From NCBI RefSeq assembly GCF_003704095.1, contig NW_020843829.1, forward strand, positions 372,001 through 436,000: a stretch of DNA of 64,000 bases, in the 5' to 3' direction. The notes under the pieces were generated by a model, which was not told where the DNA came from, ran no database searches, and worked only from the letters and a program-made list of their open reading frames with translations. The stretch comes from Pocillopora damicornis. Lineage: Eukaryota. The translations under genes and the position numbers were made by a program. Below, in pieces: positions 47,728 to 60,629 of this stretch; the first letter of the stretch is position 1; every line of letters begins with the position of its first letter.

Positions 47728-50700
47728 ATGGAGTTTGAGGAGTTGAGAGTTGAAATTCCTGCTGATGATAGCGATAAAGAGGAGAAAGATTTACCATTTT
47801 ACTTTGTAAGTATGAAGGATATTTAGTAATTTAACTATAATTATTATCTATAAAAACATGTAATTATTTTTTTCCATGAATTTTGCACGTATAGGAAAGA
47901 AGATATGAAAATAAGTCTGGGTGTTTCGTGACAGGATTTGATGTAACTTCGAAGGTACTCATATCGTTGTAAAGTGTTTAAATTATAATTTCAGTCGAAG
48001 TGGAACTGATTTCCTGTTACCTTGTAACTTGAAATGTTTGGATTTATTCCTATTAAACTCCAAGAAGTTTTGATCAACCAAGAATTTAGCTACAGTACCA
48101 TGGCCTCAAGTTACTTCAACGAAATTCGTTAAATTTAATCCATGTGACATTTAGCATTCGACATTTCTGATCTCCCTAGATTTGAAAGCCAGCCACTGAA
48201 TATCTATTTCTTAAAATTCTCTTTAAAAAAATTGGCTATTTTTCTATTTTTCTTGGACCTTTTTTCCGAGCCCAATGGTAATTTTATTTATATATCACAT
48301 GCCTTCAAATACAGACATACACCTCACAATTTATAATACGAAAGTAAACGTTATGTGATATACAGGGGAAAGGTTCCTTACATCTGGTGTCATTTGTGGT
48401 GGATATAGGCTGCAAAATCTCCTGTTGCTTGCATTAAAACTTCAGGAGTTATCAACCACCTCTTTGGGTGGTAGACAGTGCCATTGTGTAGGCTTGCGTC
48501 AAAGATTGTAATGTCTGGGTGTGCACCCTGGCAAGGTCTTTTTTTGTGTTTTGTTTTTAAGAAAGATTCTTAACTCAAATGGTGCTTCTCTCAACCATGA
48601 TGGTGAACAAAATGTGTACCAGTTAGTTGAAAACTATATGGAATATGCTGAGTAAAGCAACCAACCTTCTATCTATTTGCAGTTACTGTCAGTAGCAATA
48701 CTTTAAATTTTTCAGCTCTCATTTCCATCATACAAATGTTATTCTCTTTGGTTCACAGGAAGCACAGGAGAGGAAAGAAAGAAGGGCAAAAAGATTTGGC
48801 CTTCAAGCAAAACAGAAAGACACAGAAAAGGATGACAGTCATTCTGAGGATGACCCAGATACAGTGTAGGTGTATTAACTCAGAGAAGTATATGATTCTT
48901 AATCCTTTAACTCTGATAAGTGACCAAGGCAGGATTTCTCCTTACAATATCAATACAGTATCTGAAGGAGACAAGCACTGAGAATTAAGAAAAATGTCAA
49001 TTAGGGGATTAGTAGTTTATCCAGTATCAAATTCTTAGAACAAACATTATAGGAATTGTTTGGCAGAGAGTAAGGAGAATTTCTGATGAGATCTAGGGGT
49101 GAACCAGTTAAGTCTCCTTTCCTACGGTCATTAAGGCTCTTTATACACTAAACTCTCCCCTTCTCCACCTGTCCATTCTGTCTTTTTACAATTGTTTTGG
49201 GGGTAGGGTTAGTGGAGGGGAGAGAATGAGAGAGGGGGGAGGGGGAAATAGTTGTATGAAAAGCATAAATTACAGCTGCTGTGCACCACTTCTTGCATGT
49301 GCCTTTTCACTTTCAGATTTTTTGTTATATTTATTGGGTTCTTCATGTAGTAACCTCTTACTTAACGGTACTTCATTTTTTTTTTTTAGAAAGTTTTATG
49401 CTTATTTGTTATTGGCTTTTTTTTTTGTTTTTTTTCAGACTGCCATCTGTTGATCCCAAGGAGTTGCCTGCCATTACTGATGGTAAATTGACCCTTTAAC
49501 CCTTAAGAGTGACTGGCCTCTAATTTCTCCTTACTATATCACCCTGAATCAAACCTTTAAGTCAGGAGAATAAAGGAGTTGATCACAGACTAAAGAAGCT
49601 CTTGATTGTTAGGCAAATTCTCCATGTTGGCATCTTAGGAAATGTTTAGAGAACAGTATGGAGAATATACATACTGATGTTAGGGTGTAAAGGGTTAAAC
49701 TTGTTTCTTCATAGTCCTTTTTTTTATCAACAAACCAGTAGGATCTTTCTCCCCATATCAATTGCCCATGAAGTATTTAACATTAAAAAAGTCTGAACTT
49801 TTTCCAGAATTAATAACATGTATTGATATCTCAGTAGTACTTGGTAGTATTCTTTTGAATAGAGTGCTTTTTGATAGAGTATCTTAATCCTAACCTAAGG
49901 TCTAGACTTGACAAAGGTCCAGTTATGAAGGAAATAGTGGGAACCTGTGTGACTACATGAAAACAGCCATAAGCATGGAGACTAAAGCATGGTTGAAGGA
50001 TCAGGAGTCATTTGCTCACATTGGTCACAAAAAAAGCAAATCGATTAATATATATTCCTTTCAGCATTCATGTGAAAGGTGCTTTTATTTATTGCTAAGG
50101 GTCTATTTATTATGCAAATCATACATCATGTTGTACACTTGACACTGGCTCTTTGTTTGAAGGTGAGACCAGATCAGATGCCATTCTTATTCATGGCGTG
50201 AACGAGATGAGCACAGAGGATGTGTTTGCATATTTCAGAGACTTTGCCCCTGGGTCTGTAGAATGGATTGATGATTCTTCATGTAAGTCCTTGATCTCAG
50301 TAATCTAACAAATGACAGGGATTAATGGATGAGAATTATGTAGGCTGAGGTTTGGATTATTTGCTGAAGCTAGACACTGATGCAAATAACACAACCATAG
50401 CTTTTCTATTGTTCTAAGAGGAAAGTGTTGTCTACTCTACACTGCCAGAGCTGTTAGTAAGAGTAAGCAGTCAGCCAAAACTGCCGGCATATCTGTTACC
50501 TTTAGCCAGCTACTTTCACCTCATTTTTCAAACAAACCATACAATTTTTGAAATACCACTGAAGAAATTTTTAGGATAGCCATTTCCCAATTCTTAAGTG
50601 AAATTATATGGATGTGATTTACTTTAAACAGTTTTAAAAATGTTAGTTGGTCAGTTCCACCTTGCTGGAAGGTTTGTGAAAAATTCCTGGAATGCTTGGA

Positions 50701-53700
50701 ACATGTTAGCTGAACAGTTCTTCGCTTAAGGTGTAATCTGATAAAACAATGTGGCTTCCATGATAACCTGGCCACCCACTATATCTTTCTGCTTTCTTTT
50801 TTCAAGTATATTGACAGCCAAGTGCACTGCAGGGACAGATCCAGGTTTTTTTGTGTAGGGGGTGCACCACTGAGGATGTGTAATGTAAACAAATTTTGAA
50901 AGGGATTGATGAAGAAGGAGGCTTATGACTCAGCAATAACATATTACAAACTGCTGAGAATGCAAAGCTAATGATACAGCAGATTTTGTTTAACCTTGAT
51001 GCGGAGAAGGGGGGGGTGCCTACACTCCTTTCTTAGATTTGCCCTTGCAGTGCACATCAACTTAACATTGCAAGCTTGCATAGCTGGTAGGAACACTGAG
51101 TGTAATTGTTTGGTGAAAGGAGGCACCATTCCTTTATGAACAAACCTTAATGCAGAAGCTGTTGCTGCAAAATTACTGAAGAAAATTGATCCCCAACCTT
51201 TTCTGCAGCCTCAAAGTTTCTCCAGCTTCGAAAAGTAGTTGTTTAAGCTTGGTTGTCCTACAAGCTAAGATACTATGCAGTTCTGTGAAATTTAACCAGG
51301 ATATTTATTTTTAAATCCTTTTCCTCAAAATTTTTTTCTTTTATTTGTAGGTAATGTAGTTTGGGATGATGAATTCACTGCTTCTAGAGTTCTGATGGCA
51401 GTCGGAAAACAATTAGAAAACCCAACAGGTGAATTCTCAAATGCATTTACTCAAAGAAACAGTTTTCCTCTTAAATTTTATGCCTTGTGATAAAAAACTT
51501 TGATCTCTTTATAAAAACAAGGGATACTCTGAAGATCAATTGCAGGTTTTAAAAAAGTTGATGGTAGTTCTCAACATAAACACATTTGTTTGTTAGGTTG
51601 CTTTGGATGATTCAGAATACGATGAATTCTCTGATATTTTTTTGAACTCTGACTATCTTGGACTGTCATCTTGGCCTTGGGTAATTTTCTTACCCACTTG
51701 TTTTGTTAAGTTTAGTCAAAATGCGAGACTGTCTTGTGTGCGCTGGGATTTTTCTTAGAGGACCGAAACCTTTCCAAAAAATGCCAAATTCTATAGTGCT
51801 CTAATAACTAGGGCACTTTTGAATTGAGTTTTATAAATGCTAGATTATAGTTCCCATACCGGCCAATGAGAAAAAAAGAGAATATCATTAGCAGCCAATC
51901 AGAATTCACAGAACAAACAAGCTAACAATCAAAAGCGCGGGAAAACGCAGTCGTCAAAGTCCGGTTTGATTTTAGGCTTGCGTCTGATTGGTTGATAGAT
52001 GAACGCAAGTTTTCTAGACCAATCAGAATGACAAAAAGCAAAGCCACATCTTTTCCGCATTATTTTCGACACCCAATTGAAAGTTACTCTTTTTTGCCAT
52101 CTAACCATTATTTACCGTTTGATATTAAGTAGATGAGGATATCAGTGACGCTGTGGAAGTCAGATGGAAGATAGGCCCTCCTCATCCCAAAGCCAAATGT
52201 CTCCTCTTACGATTGGCAACGAAAAGTAGGTTGCTTGCTTTGGTGATTTAAATTAAGTCTTACTCTTTTTTCGCAGATCATGGCTGGCTGAACTGTTTTC
52301 GGCATTGAACTAGAACGACGAACAGAGCCGGGTTGTTCATCGCACGCTTACATTAGTGTGGTTGACACGTTTAATGCATATTCAAACCCAAGCGCTAATG
52401 CAAGGCATTGAAAATCTTACCATTTCCTGTATTGTTTCTTGCACTTCTGTTATATTTGCGTTTGGAAGACAAAATTTCGAGACCATATACAACTTTTGCA
52501 ATACTTGCGACAATTCAAGCTAACATTCGCCAGACTCGCCGGTCTTCACACCTGGCTTAAATTAAAGATCCTTCTCTAACCCCGGCTTTGCTTAATCCTG
52601 TTTTGAATAACCTGGCGCAGTTTTTAACAGCACGTGAAAGGGTCAAGGTTTCGTGATACTCATTTTATGTCGTTTTGAAATGTTTTAGAGGACAAGAAAC
52701 TACCAGGGGCAGCCGGAAGAAGCATGTATTACTTAATCAATGGTAAAGCAAACGACACTGGACAAGGTGGATATCCTCTTATTCTGAGGCTTACTCTCTC
52801 GCTATGTTCCGTTCTCTCGTCCCTCTTCCCTAATTAAGAGTTTTGCTTGAACAGAGTTAGAAACAGTTGTCTTGTTAATATGAATGACCATCATTTTTAT
52901 GTGATTTGCTTTCGCAAAGTGGTTTGATTTTTATGTTGTTGGTAAAGTTTATTGAAAGACACACGATTATCGTTTCATCCTCTCCTTTTTTCAGGCAGAA
53001 GAAAAGGCATCGTCAGTTCATCAAGGTGATTAATTTCTTAAGGTTACTAGTAGAAGCTACAAGCGACTTCATTAGCCTGTCAGAATAAGCTTTAACTCGA
53101 GGAACCAATCAAAGCTCAAAACAGATGCACGTGACAAGCGCCAGTTGTGGCAAAATGGTGGGCAAAAGGAGTGCGACCAAAGCGGTTTTACATGATATAG
53201 AGATTTAGGCAAGCCTAAAAGCGGAGCTCGCATTTTTTTCCCCCGCACGTCTCTTCAACAAAACTAAAGCCCCTACCATGGATAAAGTGCGTGGTAATAT
53301 TAATGGATTTTCATTCGCAACTTCTCCGTGTCCGTGTAAAGGACTGATTATAAGATAGTGCCCATGGTACAGTTGGCCGCGCATGCTAAAAGTAGCACCT
53401 TGTACGGTCGGTCGTACGGCCGTACATCCAAATTTTTTCGGCTTGATGGGCCACTACTATTTTGTATAATTATGGGGCTACGCTCTGCGAGCTCCGCTAT
53501 GATTGATGGAGGAGGTAGCATATCATTTAAACCAATCGCTGAACGCAGGAAATGAAAACCGTACAAACACTTTTGGATTACTTATGTTTCGAAACTCAAT
53601 CCAGCACTCTTTACACTTTCTTTTTTCCAGAAAGAGGAAATTATTGAAAGAACAGGAGCGAGTGAAGCACATGTATTCAGGTGGTCCAGAAGTTGTCTTC

Positions 53701-54054
53701 CTCGACAAGATTGATACTGAAAAAGAAGAAAAAATGGATATCGACGAACCTCCGCTTAAGATTGTCGTCAACAACGACGGTCAGCCGGAAAGGAATGAAC
53801 CGGGAAATCTACGCATGCGCATGCACGCTGATGCTATCGAAGATGACGACAGCGAAAGTGACGAGGACGACGACAGAAGAGAAAAGAGGGATAAATGGAA
53901 AGGAAGAATTGAGAAGAAAGAAAATAAAATGGAAGTCCGGACTGAAAAACCCACTTTAGACTTGCGGTCAAAACTTCAAAGTAGACAGCGACACGGGTTT
54001 AATTTTAAGAACAGGCCGTCTTTGTCTATCGAGATCAAGGAGGAGCCGGAATAG
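47728..54054 (+). CDS. NCBP3: Nuclear cap-binding protein subunit 3 (10 exons)
   Basis: Exons 47728-47805, 47895-47954, 48759-48865, 49439-49482, 50163-50282, 51351-51428, 52133(or 52130)-52225, 52689-52766(or 52742), 52995-53025, 53631-54054. Peptides: RRYENKSGCFVTGFDVTSKEAQERKERRAKRFG, AILIHGVNEMSTEDVFAYFRDFAPGSVEWIDDSSCNVVW, LLLRLATKKDKK, RMRMHAD. Confidence 0.93.
48899..49111. mobile_element. piggyBac-type MITE, subfamily B
   Basis: TTAATCCTTTAACTC...AGTGACCAAG ... GATCTAGGGGTGAACCAGTTAA; TTAA at both ends. Confidence 0.72.
49488..49698. mobile_element. piggyBac-type MITE, subfamily A, starting about 6 nt into an NCBP3 intron
   Basis: TTGACCCTTTAACCCTTAAGAGTGAC ... ACTGATGTTAGGGTGTAAAGGGTTAA. 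Confidence 0.8.
50830..51047. mobile_element. Degenerate MITE with CAGGG.C.GATC-type inverted ends
   Basis: CAGGGACAGATCCAG ... TAGATTTGCCCTTG, flanked by inverted GTGCACTG/CAGTGCAC. Confidence 0.5.
51809..52090. repeat. CCAAT-rich interspersed repeat with degenerate inverted ends; related copy near 22540-22742
   Basis: Several CCAAT/ATTGG boxes; ends GCACTTTTGAATTGAG / CAATTGAAAGTTACTCT. GATTGGTTG...CAAGTTTTCT.GACCAATCAGAA is shared with about 22636-22680. Confidence 0.55.
53221..53500. repeat. Interspersed element with GCGGAGCTCG/CGAGCTCCGC inverted ends
   Basis: 10-bp inverted repeat at 53221-53230 and 53488-53497; internal GTACGG-type short repeats; CpG-rich relative to the host intron. 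Confidence 0.55.
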
Positions 54055-57000
54055 ACCTGTCTTGAAGAAAAAAAATTTAAGTTAATTTTTTTAGTTTTTA
54101 GCACTTAAATCATATAGCTACGGTGTAGAACGTTAACTATTTTACCACCGAGATGTGCGAGCGGGCTTGGTTTTTAAATCATTTTGCTGATAAATATTAT
54201 ACGGCAAATCTAAGGTACTGATGTGGAACTTTATCTTTAATAAAAGTACATAATTTAATGGAATTACTTGACAATAACATCGTCAAAATGGACAGCAACG
54301 AACGGGAATGTAGCTGTCCTATCTTTCTAATCAACCATTGTTGGTGTCTCAGAACTGATGACGTTGGCAGAAAGGCAAATTCTGTCAAAGATATCAGGGC
54401 CGTTTTTTTTCTTTGTCTCGGCCTTCGTAAAATTTCTGACTCTATCATTCGACGACCCAATTAGAGAGAGACGCAACCAACATCCTAACATCAGTATCTA
54501 TATTCCCCAATCTCTTCTCTAAACATTTCCTTTGGTACTTATGGGGAGAATTTACATAACAATCGAAGCTTCTTATGTTGGTGATCATTTCCTATATTCT
54601 CATGATCTTAATAAATGATTCAGTCGTGTTACTGTAAGGAGAAGTTAGATGCTGGTCATACTTCGGCGACGATATGAAGCGCGTTGTGTTTCTTGACTAT
54701 ATTCGTGAGGTGTGGGCAGATTTGTGGCTGGATTTGTCAACAGGAGACTTGAACTTCGATCAGATGATTATGTATATTGCACATGGATGAACTATTTGAC
54801 ACAAAAACAAACAATAGATACGAAGTTTGTGGTTTTTCTTTTCTTCTTTTATTTGTTGTTGTTGCTTTCCAGTAGTTTTTCGTTGTTGTTTCTGCTTTTT
54901 TTTAACGTAAAAGCATAAATCCGGCACCAAAATTGCTTGATAGAAAAAAGAGATTTTCATTCCAGATGTCGCGAACTTCGTCCTAATTATTTCGGCCGGT
55001 GGACAAAGAAATTTTGATGTGTGATACACTACATTATTTAAGAATTTTACATGAAAGCTACGTGTTGATATTGCTAATTTCCCATCGTGCTGGGAAATTT
55101 AAAAAAAGGAAAACACCCCTTGAGGGCTTCCGCCATTTAAATGCGGGTCACTATCAACATTATTAGCAACATCTGGGCATAGCCCCATATAGGGAAATCA
55201 GATGGAAAATTTAAGACCATTCCTTAATATAAATCACGCCACTCAAATATATAGACATAACAGAAGAAATTACTTAATGATGACCTATAGCCGTGGAGGA
55301 AAAGAGCAGGTTTTAAGACCCTCTGGACTAAATGTGCTGATTCAGGACCCCTGGATGTAACGATTCCAAACTCCTCAACCAATATTGGTTCAACAGCAGG
55401 TTTATATCGGTGAACAGTATTCTTACTGTTGTTACTGCTTTATTTATATCCTTAATTAGTCCAACATCGGTTCTTTTTTCCCTTTTTGCTTTTGTGGAGG
55501 GGAATCAGTCGCCTCAACCCAGGAAAAGGTCACCACGCAGGAGAGTATATTTACACATAAAAGTGGTACTTCAAAATCTTTGTGGAACTGTAATTAATTA
55601 TGTTGTTTGCCATTTTTGGTTCTTTCCAAGCGCTGAGGCAGGAACACTATCCTCTTAGAATCATTATATTTTAAGAGTATTAACCGACAAGCTCTATCAA
55701 CTTAACTATGGCAATGTGGAAGTGTATTTAAATACGTGTTGAGGGTAAACGCAAATGAGCTTTTCTCATATCAAAATACATGATTATGAAATGAGATACA
55801 AAGCTTTAGCCGAAAGAAGTACATGTTTTCTTTTACCGCATGTCCTAGCATCATTTATACGACCACCAACATGGGTCAGACACTCAAGACTCTTACAGAA
55901 TGCGGCATATCGTAATATACGATGATGCTACTCGTTTTAATTGGAAAATCGACGGTATTAGCTATATCGCGCCAATATTCGGTATTGTTAAAGAACAGCG
56001 AGTGGAAGATGTTTGGAATACAATATGTAAACGTTTCGAACTTCTACTCTAAGTTCTGACTAAGGCCTGGTCCGAACCGGAAAAAAAAATTTGATTGCTT
56101 TACCATAAAACCAGGTGAGATCTCATTATCATTTCACCGATAAGTTAAAACGAACCGTCACCAAAAGAGAACGATCAATCTTGAATTCTTCACCTTGAGG
56201 CAAGAACTCTGCCCTCAAATATTCTTTCAATATATACAGGGAATCTGAGATGTAGTCAGTTTTTCTATCGGTTTTCTCAAATCCGAGAGAATGACACGCA
56301 AACTTGGCGCGACCGTGAATCATTGAAATTAGCAAGCATGTCGCTCAAGTGACTGATCACTCTTGCTATTTAAAGAAATTAGTCTTCCTGAAAAAATTTA
56401 TTTCCTCACGTAAATCGCGGTTTCTGAGCTATTTTTACGATCTTAAAACCGTCTCAAACGGCCTCTGAAAAGCAGACCGATCTTTGTTTGCATTGGAAAC
56501 GATACCTACCCCGAATGTAAAGGTTTTAGAGTTGCGGAACTTAAGATGTGTTATTTTTAGGACTTACAATAAGCATTCTTAAAATAATTACCTGTGATGA
56601 TCTAACTACCAGACTCGTCAAAATACAGCGCATTTAGTAAAAAAAATACCCGGTGATACGACTATGACACCTATTAATTACGTCTGAGGAAATATACAGA
56701 TAATTTGACAAAGATCTTTACATGATGCTCTGCCTAAAAATAACATTTTTCTTTGTTTTCTCTGAGGGTATGCGAGACATAAGAAGCATAAAATAGGCTC
56801 GTGCAAAGTCTTGATGTAACCCCCACATTCCTTGCCCCATTAGCTTCATCCTCTCTCCACCTTCGTGAGTCTCTTGATTCAATATCTCTCCCCTCTCAGG
56901 CTATTTATTTAACATTAGCAAAACCATAACGATGAGTACCACTCATTTTAAAAAAGGGCCACTTAAGTGCTGCTACTTTTTTTCCCATGGAAGAGGACTC

Positions 57001-57494
57001 AATACTGAATAAGTTCCCTCTTGGCTTGTTATGAAATCTCTTCAAGTATCAAAAACTAAAGATTGTTCGTTTGTTCTGAGATTGTCATCCCAATCTATAA
57101 TTTTTGAAACGAGATATTTCTCTAAGTGCGAGATCACTCAAATCACCTTAATGCGAAACTCTTCTTTATTTACACCATTTGCGAAATTTTAACAATATTA
57201 TAGGTCCCAACAAAACTATACTTTTAGTTCCGAGAAGCTGATCCGTCTTCCCGAGTCCTCAGTAACCTGTTAAATTTTTCACCTCTCTCTATGAGAGACT
57301 GGAACGACCGAAGTACTGTCAAACGCTGTTGCATGATGGGACGACCGGCTTCCGCCATCTTGATCACCAACGTCAAAGCAACGTTGTTGAAAACGGAAAT
57401 TCAGTGGGGAATCTACTTCAGAGTGAGCTAAGATCTTCCCTTCATCGTTATTTGGATTTTGATACTCAAGAAAGGTCCAAGAACAGCTTTCAAA

Positions 57495-57923
57495 ATGTCT
57501 TACATGCTTCAGCATCTTAAAAATGGTTGGCAAGTTGATCAGGCAATCATGTCGGAAGAAGATCGAGTTGTGGTTATTCGATTTGGTCACGATTGGGATC
57601 CGACATGCATGAAAATGGACGAAGTATTGTACACCATTGCGGATAAAGTGAAGAACTTTGCGGTGATCTACTTAGTGGATATTACAGAGTGTCCGGATTT
57701 TAACAAAATGTATGAATTGTACGACCCCTGCACGACAATGTTCTTCTACCGAAACAAACACATCATGATTGATTTGGGCACAGGAAACAACAATAAGATC
57801 AACTGGGCTTTGGAAGATAAACAAGAAATGGTTGATATTGTCGAGACTGTTTATCGTGGAGCGCGGAAAGGCCGAGGTTTGGTTGTTTCACCCAAGGATT
57901 ATTCCACCAAGTATCGTTATTAG
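57495..57923 (+). CDS. TXNL4A: U5 snRNP thioredoxin-like protein Dim1 (142 aa), intronless
   Basis: MSYMLQHLKNGWQVDQAIMSEEDRVVVIRFGHDWDPTCMKMDEVLY...GRGLVVSPKDYSTKYRY*, very close to the canonical Dim1 sequence, in a single uninterrupted ORF. Confidence 0.98.
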   Translation: MSYMLQHLKNGWQVDQAIMSEEDRVVVIRFGHDWDPTCMKMDEVLYTIADKVKNFAVIYLVDITECPDFNKMYELYDPCTTMFFYRNKHIMIDLGTGNNNKINWALEDKQEMVDIVETVYRGARKGRGLVVSPKDYSTKYRY

Positions 57924-57940
57924 GATATAAATCTTTTGCT

Positions 57941-58150
57941 TTAACCCCTTTCAGCCTAAGATCAGTATTCATATTCTCCATACCGTTCTCTATACATTTT
58001 CTTAGGCGTCGATAAGGAGAATTTGTTTGGCAATCAAAAGCCTCTTGTTGGTGATCATTTCCTTTATTCCTGTAACCTTTATGTTTGATTCAGGCATGAT
58101 ATTGTAAGGAGAAATTAGATATTAGTCACTCTTAGGGGTCAAATGGTTAA
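57941..58150. mobile_element. piggyBac-type MITE, subfamily A, 17 bp after the TXNL4A stop
   Basis: TTAACCCCTTTCAGCCTAAGATCAGTAT ... CTTAGGGGTCAAATGGTTAA; TTAA at both ends. Confidence 0.8.
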
Positions 58151-60437
58151 ATGTCATTAGTGGACAAATGAGCTTCTTTCTATTTTCACAATAATGTTAA
58201 CTTTCCTATTACACACTGAATTGTTCAGCATGACCTATGAGTTCATAGATTTTAAGCAAATTAAAGCTAAAACAGACTGTAGCTGGAAACAGTAACTAAA
58301 CAAATGTTTAAGGGTTATATGACAGTTTTTTTGCCTGTAGAATGATCTAGTTTGAAGGTTTATGGTGCATTAGTTTTTCCCCAATCTTATAGCTTTCCTA
58401 TATGCATTTTTGGTCAGTGAGTGATAAACGTTCTGAGCAAAGGTTGAAGGCAACACATTTTGTCTATGAAAGTGAGAAGGGGCCTGGATAAAGTCTTCAC
58501 TCTGATTACTATGGTTGCTACAGGTTGGGAAAGGCAAAGAATTACACTTTGAGTCAGAGAAAATTTACATCTTTAAAGAAGTCAGGGATGAGTGAAATTT
58601 CAAGTAAATGTGTAATTGTTCATATCTTCCTGGCCCTCTCCATGATGAAAGATAGTAACACCATCCTTCTTTTTGATGTCAATATTACTTCTGTACACTG
58701 TTAAGAACAGTCGACAGATTCCTAAGTATTCCAGGTTTTGATGCAAGTTTAAGTTGGTTCATGAATGAAATTGTTCATTTTTTTCAATCTTCTATTTCAC
58801 TGTTTTCTAACATTTTTAATTCTTGGATTCACTTTATAGACATGAAAGGTTGGAGTGGTAGAAGTTAGGTTTATGAAATTGAATGGCAAGCTGATGTTGG
58901 CTTCTAAGAAAATCACTCCTTTTTCCATGCTTATACCTAAAGGAAATATCAATTGATATGCACTGTATGTGACTTGCTGAAAACATTAAGTTATGGCAAA
59001 GAAGATGGCTGGGAGTGGAGGTTGTAGGCCACTACTAGGATTAGTTTTTGAAACTTTTTATTTCAGTTAGTGTGAGAAATTTTACATTTGTCAGGGAAAA
59101 GGCATCACTAGACATCATTAGAATGGTAATATTACTTAATGATATTTTTGTGCTTATTAAATATAGGGAAGTTACTAAACTCAGATATTTGTTGTTTATT
59201 TCTTTTTGAGGTATGGAGTAAATATTGCTTATATTGGTTATGAAGAATAAGTTTGCTCCTTAAGGAACTTCCTGTGACAATGCTTGAGTATTAATTATTT
59301 TATCACCTCATCTGGCATAGGTCTCTGTAGTAACCATTAGCTCAAATGGAGGGGTTCATCAGGCAATTCTCAAATAAAGAGTGACTTCTCCATCAGTTAA
59401 AATGGAGTCCACTGAAATCTTTCTCTTGATTTTTCCCCTTCAAACATCTCGTGAATTGGGTTTTCATTGTTATGGAGTAAATTTCCCTGCATTAGAGCCA
59501 ACCACATAGTTCCATAAGAAACAGAAATTACTTTTTTGATACATTTTTTCTTGACTGACCAAAAATATACCCAAAACGTTGATGAAAACGTAGACTCAAC
59601 AAAAGATTTCTTAGTGTAGACTGATGAAAACTCGGTGACAAACAATAACAAACGAAACTTTCTGTAGATATTAGCATCATTAAAGGGCGTTTTAGTTTGA
59701 ACTAAAGTAGGTGAAAAATGCACAAAGATGTAAACATTCAGTGAAGAGCATACTGGTGAGGACATTAGATGAAAATGAGGCGGATAAAAATAATTTAATT
59801 TCGTTTTATTTGAGAAGAAACCGCCGAGAAACTCTTGAAGACGCAATTAATGTGGATGGTACCTCGGTTATGAAAGTTATCAAAACTAAAGTAAATTTTA
59901 ATGTGGTCCATGTCTCTTTTGGCTCTGGGTGAAACCTGGTCTTACACGGCCTCAAGAGAGTATAATCTCTTGTCAGCTTACTTGACCTTACTTTCGTTTC
60001 TTTGTTGAAATCAAGAAATACTATCGCATTTTCATTTTTTTTTACATAATCATACGAACGGAATGCGGCCTTCCATTCCACTTTCCCTTTCAGTTTTATT
60101 GACCTAATACAAAAGGAATGCGACCTTCCATTCCGGATCAACCTTAGCTTCGTTGTTCCGCTTTTCTGAGACCTTGAAAAATTTTGACCGAAAGGCCCTC
60201 AAAGTGTGGCATTCTCTCTTTATGGTCGGCGTCAGGCACATAAGACGGGAGGGGAGGGGAGGGGGAAAGAACACCTCTTAATCAAAATCACGACAAATGT
60301 CTTACATTTACGCCCCATGGGGGTTGAGCTAGGATAGCTTTTTGCGACTTATCTTCCTGTTGTGAGTTTGACCTCTGCTATGCTTGAATAAATTTCTTGA
60401 TCACGCTTCTTTTGAAACTTTAAACTGAAATAGAGGA

Positions 60438-60629
60438 AACAACGGGTTGATAAGTGCAGGTTAAGGTAAGAAGTATATTTTTAACAGCATGACTGATGAT
60501 AGAAACTCGCTCCTTTATTTATAAACTATTGAACAACAGGTTGATGAATGCAGGTTAAGATAAGAAGTATATTTTTAAAAGGATGACTGATCATAGAAAC
60601 TCGCTCCTTTATTTATAAACTATTGAACA
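60438..60629 (+). repeat. Tandem duplication (~94 bp x2)
   Basis: TGCAGGTTAAG.TAAGAAGTATATTTTTAA...ATGACTGAT.ATAGAAACTCGCTCCTTTATTTATAAACTATTGAACA repeated. Confidence 0.9.

Noticed and set aside
52771-52780. ATATCCTCTT resembling a U12 AT-AC donor in NCBP3
   Set aside because: Deviates from ATATCCTT; the next exon has a normal pyrimidine-tract CAG acceptor whose phase matches the upstream GT donors.
59397-60141. 149-aa and 111-aa minus-strand ORFs
   Set aside because: AT-rich Phe/Lys-biased composition, no recognisable domain or splice structure.
60493-60510. CTGATGA-TA-GAAAC in a 94-bp tandem repeat, resembling a minimal hammerhead ribozyme
   Set aside because: No stem II, no stem I/III pairing or cleavage triplet, and the second copy reads CTGATCA.
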